A stretch of 63,793 nt of DNA, the filler included. It is 8 parts of 8 records of this genome, joined end to end, with 100 filler letters (N's around TTAATTAATTAA, not from the genome) between each part and the next. Parts side by side here need not be neighbours in the genome. Positions count along the whole stretch, not along the records: positions 55,319 to 63,793 come from SRR31156797_39477; 7 more parts are not named here. One strand, given 5' to 3'. The position numbers and the translations under genes were made by a program. Position 1 is the stretch's first letter, and every line of letters starts with the position of its first letter. Shown in pieces: positions 62,147 through 63,793 of this stretch. The notes beneath the pieces are model-generated. The model did not search any database. It saw only the letters and a program-made list of their open reading frames with translations, and was not told the origin of the DNA.

Positions 62147-63382
62147 ATGATTCTTTTTTATAAAACCGGAATATTTCTTTACTCACTTTTTGTGAACATT
62201 GCATCGCTTTTTAACGAAAAAGCCAGGCTGTTTATCAAGGGGAGAAAAAACTGGAGAAAGTCGCTCTCTGAACAGGTCGATAAAAATGCACAATACATTT
62301 GGATTCACTGTGCTTCGCTTGGCGAATTCGAGCAAGGCCGGCCACTGATTGAAGAAATAAAAAACCGATTTCCGAAATATAAAATTGCACTCACCTTTTA
62401 TTCACCTTCGGGTTTTGAAATCAGGAAAAACTACGAATTAGCCGATATTATAACATATCTCCCAAACGACACCAAAAAAAATGCAACCGATTTTATTTCA
62501 ATTTTGAATCCTGAAAAAGTATTTTTTGTAAAATATGAATTTTGGTATTTCTACATTTCAGCCTTAAAAAAGAGAAATATTCCACTTTACAGCATCTCTG
62601 CCATTTTTCGCGAGAACCAGCAATTTTTCAAAAATACCCCCTGGGGAAAATGGTACCGGAAAATGTTATTTCAATTTGAACACATTTTTATACAAAGCGA
62701 AACATCGGCAATTCTTTTAAAATCGATAGGATTAAACAATTACACCATTTCGGGCGATACACGTTTCGACAGGGTTACTGCAATTGCTGCTGGTTCAAAA
62801 AAAATCCCCATTGTTGAAAAGTTTAAAGGAAAATCGACATTAATTATTGCCGGAAGTACCTGGAAACCTGACGAGGAGCTACTTGCAGCATTTATTAACC
62901 AAACCCCGGATATAAAATTCATTATTGCTCCGCACGAAGTTTCAGAAGTAAATATTAACAGATTGGAAAAATTGTTGAAAAAACCAACAGCACGTTTTAG
63001 CCGAATAGATAAATTGAACGTTGAGCAACTTCAGGTAGTAATAATCGATTCAATTGGAATTCTTTCGTCGGTGTACCGATATGGAAATTTAGCATACATC
63101 GGAGGTGGTTTTGGCGTTGGAATTCACAATATTTTAGAGGCTGCTACTTTTGGATTACCCATAATTTTTGGTCCAAATCACGAAAAATTTAAAGAAGCAG
63201 TTGATTTAAAAAACAATGGCGGCGCCTTCCCGATTAATGACTTTTATCAGCTTGAAACCATTATGAACAGGTTATTAAAAGAAAAAATTGCGTTAAAAAA
63301 TGCTGCTCAAATCAGCAAAAATTACGTAGAAAAAAATGTGGGATCGACAATACTTATCATAAAAAAAGTTTTCAACGATTAA
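62147..63382 (+). CDS. waaA: 3-deoxy-D-manno-octulosonic acid transferase
   Basis: WIHCASLGEFEQ, KYEFW, GDTRFD, AGSTW, IAPH, GGGF..G.HNILE. Confidence 0.94.
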   Translation: MILFYKTGIFLYSLFVNIASLFNEKARLFIKGRKNWRKSLSEQVDKNAQYIWIHCASLGEFEQGRPLIEEIKNRFPKYKIALTFYSPSGFEIRKNYELADIITYLPNDTKKNATDFISILNPEKVFFVKYEFWYFYISALKKRNIPLYSISAIFRENQQFFKNTPWGKWYRKMLFQFEHIFIQSETSAILLKSIGLNNYTISGDTRFDRVTAIAAGSKKIPIVEKFKGKSTLIIAGSTWKPDEELLAAFINQTPDIKFIIAPHEVSEVNINRLEKLLKKPTARFSRIDKLNVEQLQVVIIDSIGILSSVYRYGNLAYIGGGFGVGIHNILEAATFGLPIIFGPNHEKFKEAVDLKNNGGAFPINDFYQLETIMNRLLKEKIALKNAAQISKNYVEKNVGSTILIIKKVFND

Positions 63383-63701
63383 CACCTTTTTGATGGTATT
63401 TTGTTCAATTTTTTTGCAAAAAATAGTTTGAAAATTTAACCCTGAAATCTATATAAAAAAAATCCTTCTTTACAACACCAAATTTTAGTTTTGGTAAACT
63501 TTTTCCCATTGAAAAAGTATTAGTTTTTTGATTATCAGCGTACTAACACTTCAAAGTTGATAACTTTTAATTAATTTTCTTAAATAAGTATTCCAAAATA
63601 ATCGATTCTGTTTTATCTTCATCAAACAATTTTAAGAGAAGGAATTTGAAATTCCCTGAGTTTAATTCATTTACACATTAAATCATATTAACTGGACAAA
63701 A

Positions 63702-63793
63702 ATGGCATACGACGAAGTATCTGTAAAAGCCTCCGTGGGCAAAAAAATTTACTCGCAGGAAGAAGCAGTAAAAGCCTCACTTGAGTACTTCAA
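63702..63793 (+). CDS. N-terminus of a probable class II (B12-dependent) ribonucleotide reductase
   Basis: MAYDEVSVKASVGKKIYSQEEAVKASLEYF resembles the Bacteroidota enzyme N-terminus. Only 30 codons are visible. Confidence 0.55.
   Translation, partial: MAYDEVSVKASVGKKIYSQEEAVKASLEYF

Overview
This window is not one locus. It is eight unrelated contigs joined by artificial 100-nt linkers (44 N + TTAATTAATTAA + 44 N), probably from an anoxic or marine metagenome, so adjacency across linkers means nothing. Taxonomic labels are inferences from protein motifs, composition and synteny. (1) 1-5170, Desulfobacterota-like: cfa, an SRPBCC-SDR fusion, a deleted uvsE, and a glycine riboswitch at the contig end. 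(2) 5271-11603, spirochaete-like: adenine MTase, murG, cvpA, holB-like, histidine kinase and sigma54 activator. (3) 11704-19434, very AT-rich anaerobe: RACo/ASKHA protein, degenerate HD-GYP, TetM/EF-G-like GTPase, sugar-binding protein. (4) 19535-32367, Desulfobacterota-like: tRNA fragment, selB-yqeC-LUD, macrodomain, Rieske/cytochrome b, MBL hydrolase, PBP1A-lipoprotein-serine hydrolase. (5) 32468-39775, Desulfobacterota-like: nitroreductase, MFS, gpsA, TPR lipoprotein, gyrA/gyrB, with a 105-bp MITE-like element at the gyrA stop. (6) 39876-45404, Vibrio: vxrABCDE, then a decayed IS1202-type element whose end lies exactly 5 bp from a XerCD dif site (probably chromosome II dif). (7) 45505-55218, spirochaete-like: a mosaic of gene remnants, a DUF2202/polyferredoxin/hypothetical trio, and a heparinase-GH2-ABC locus. 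(8) 55319-63793, Bacteroidota: cysteate synthase, GH2 beta-galactosidase, lycopene cyclase, waaA and the start of a ribonucleotide reductase. No CRISPR array, rRNA or intact mobile element is visible. I cannot claim a demonstrably new system. The best leads are the dif-targeted IS relic, the switch-like selB leader, the vxrE RBS buried in a terminator, the gyrA-stop MITE, the PBP1A/lipoprotein pair and the DUF2202 trio.
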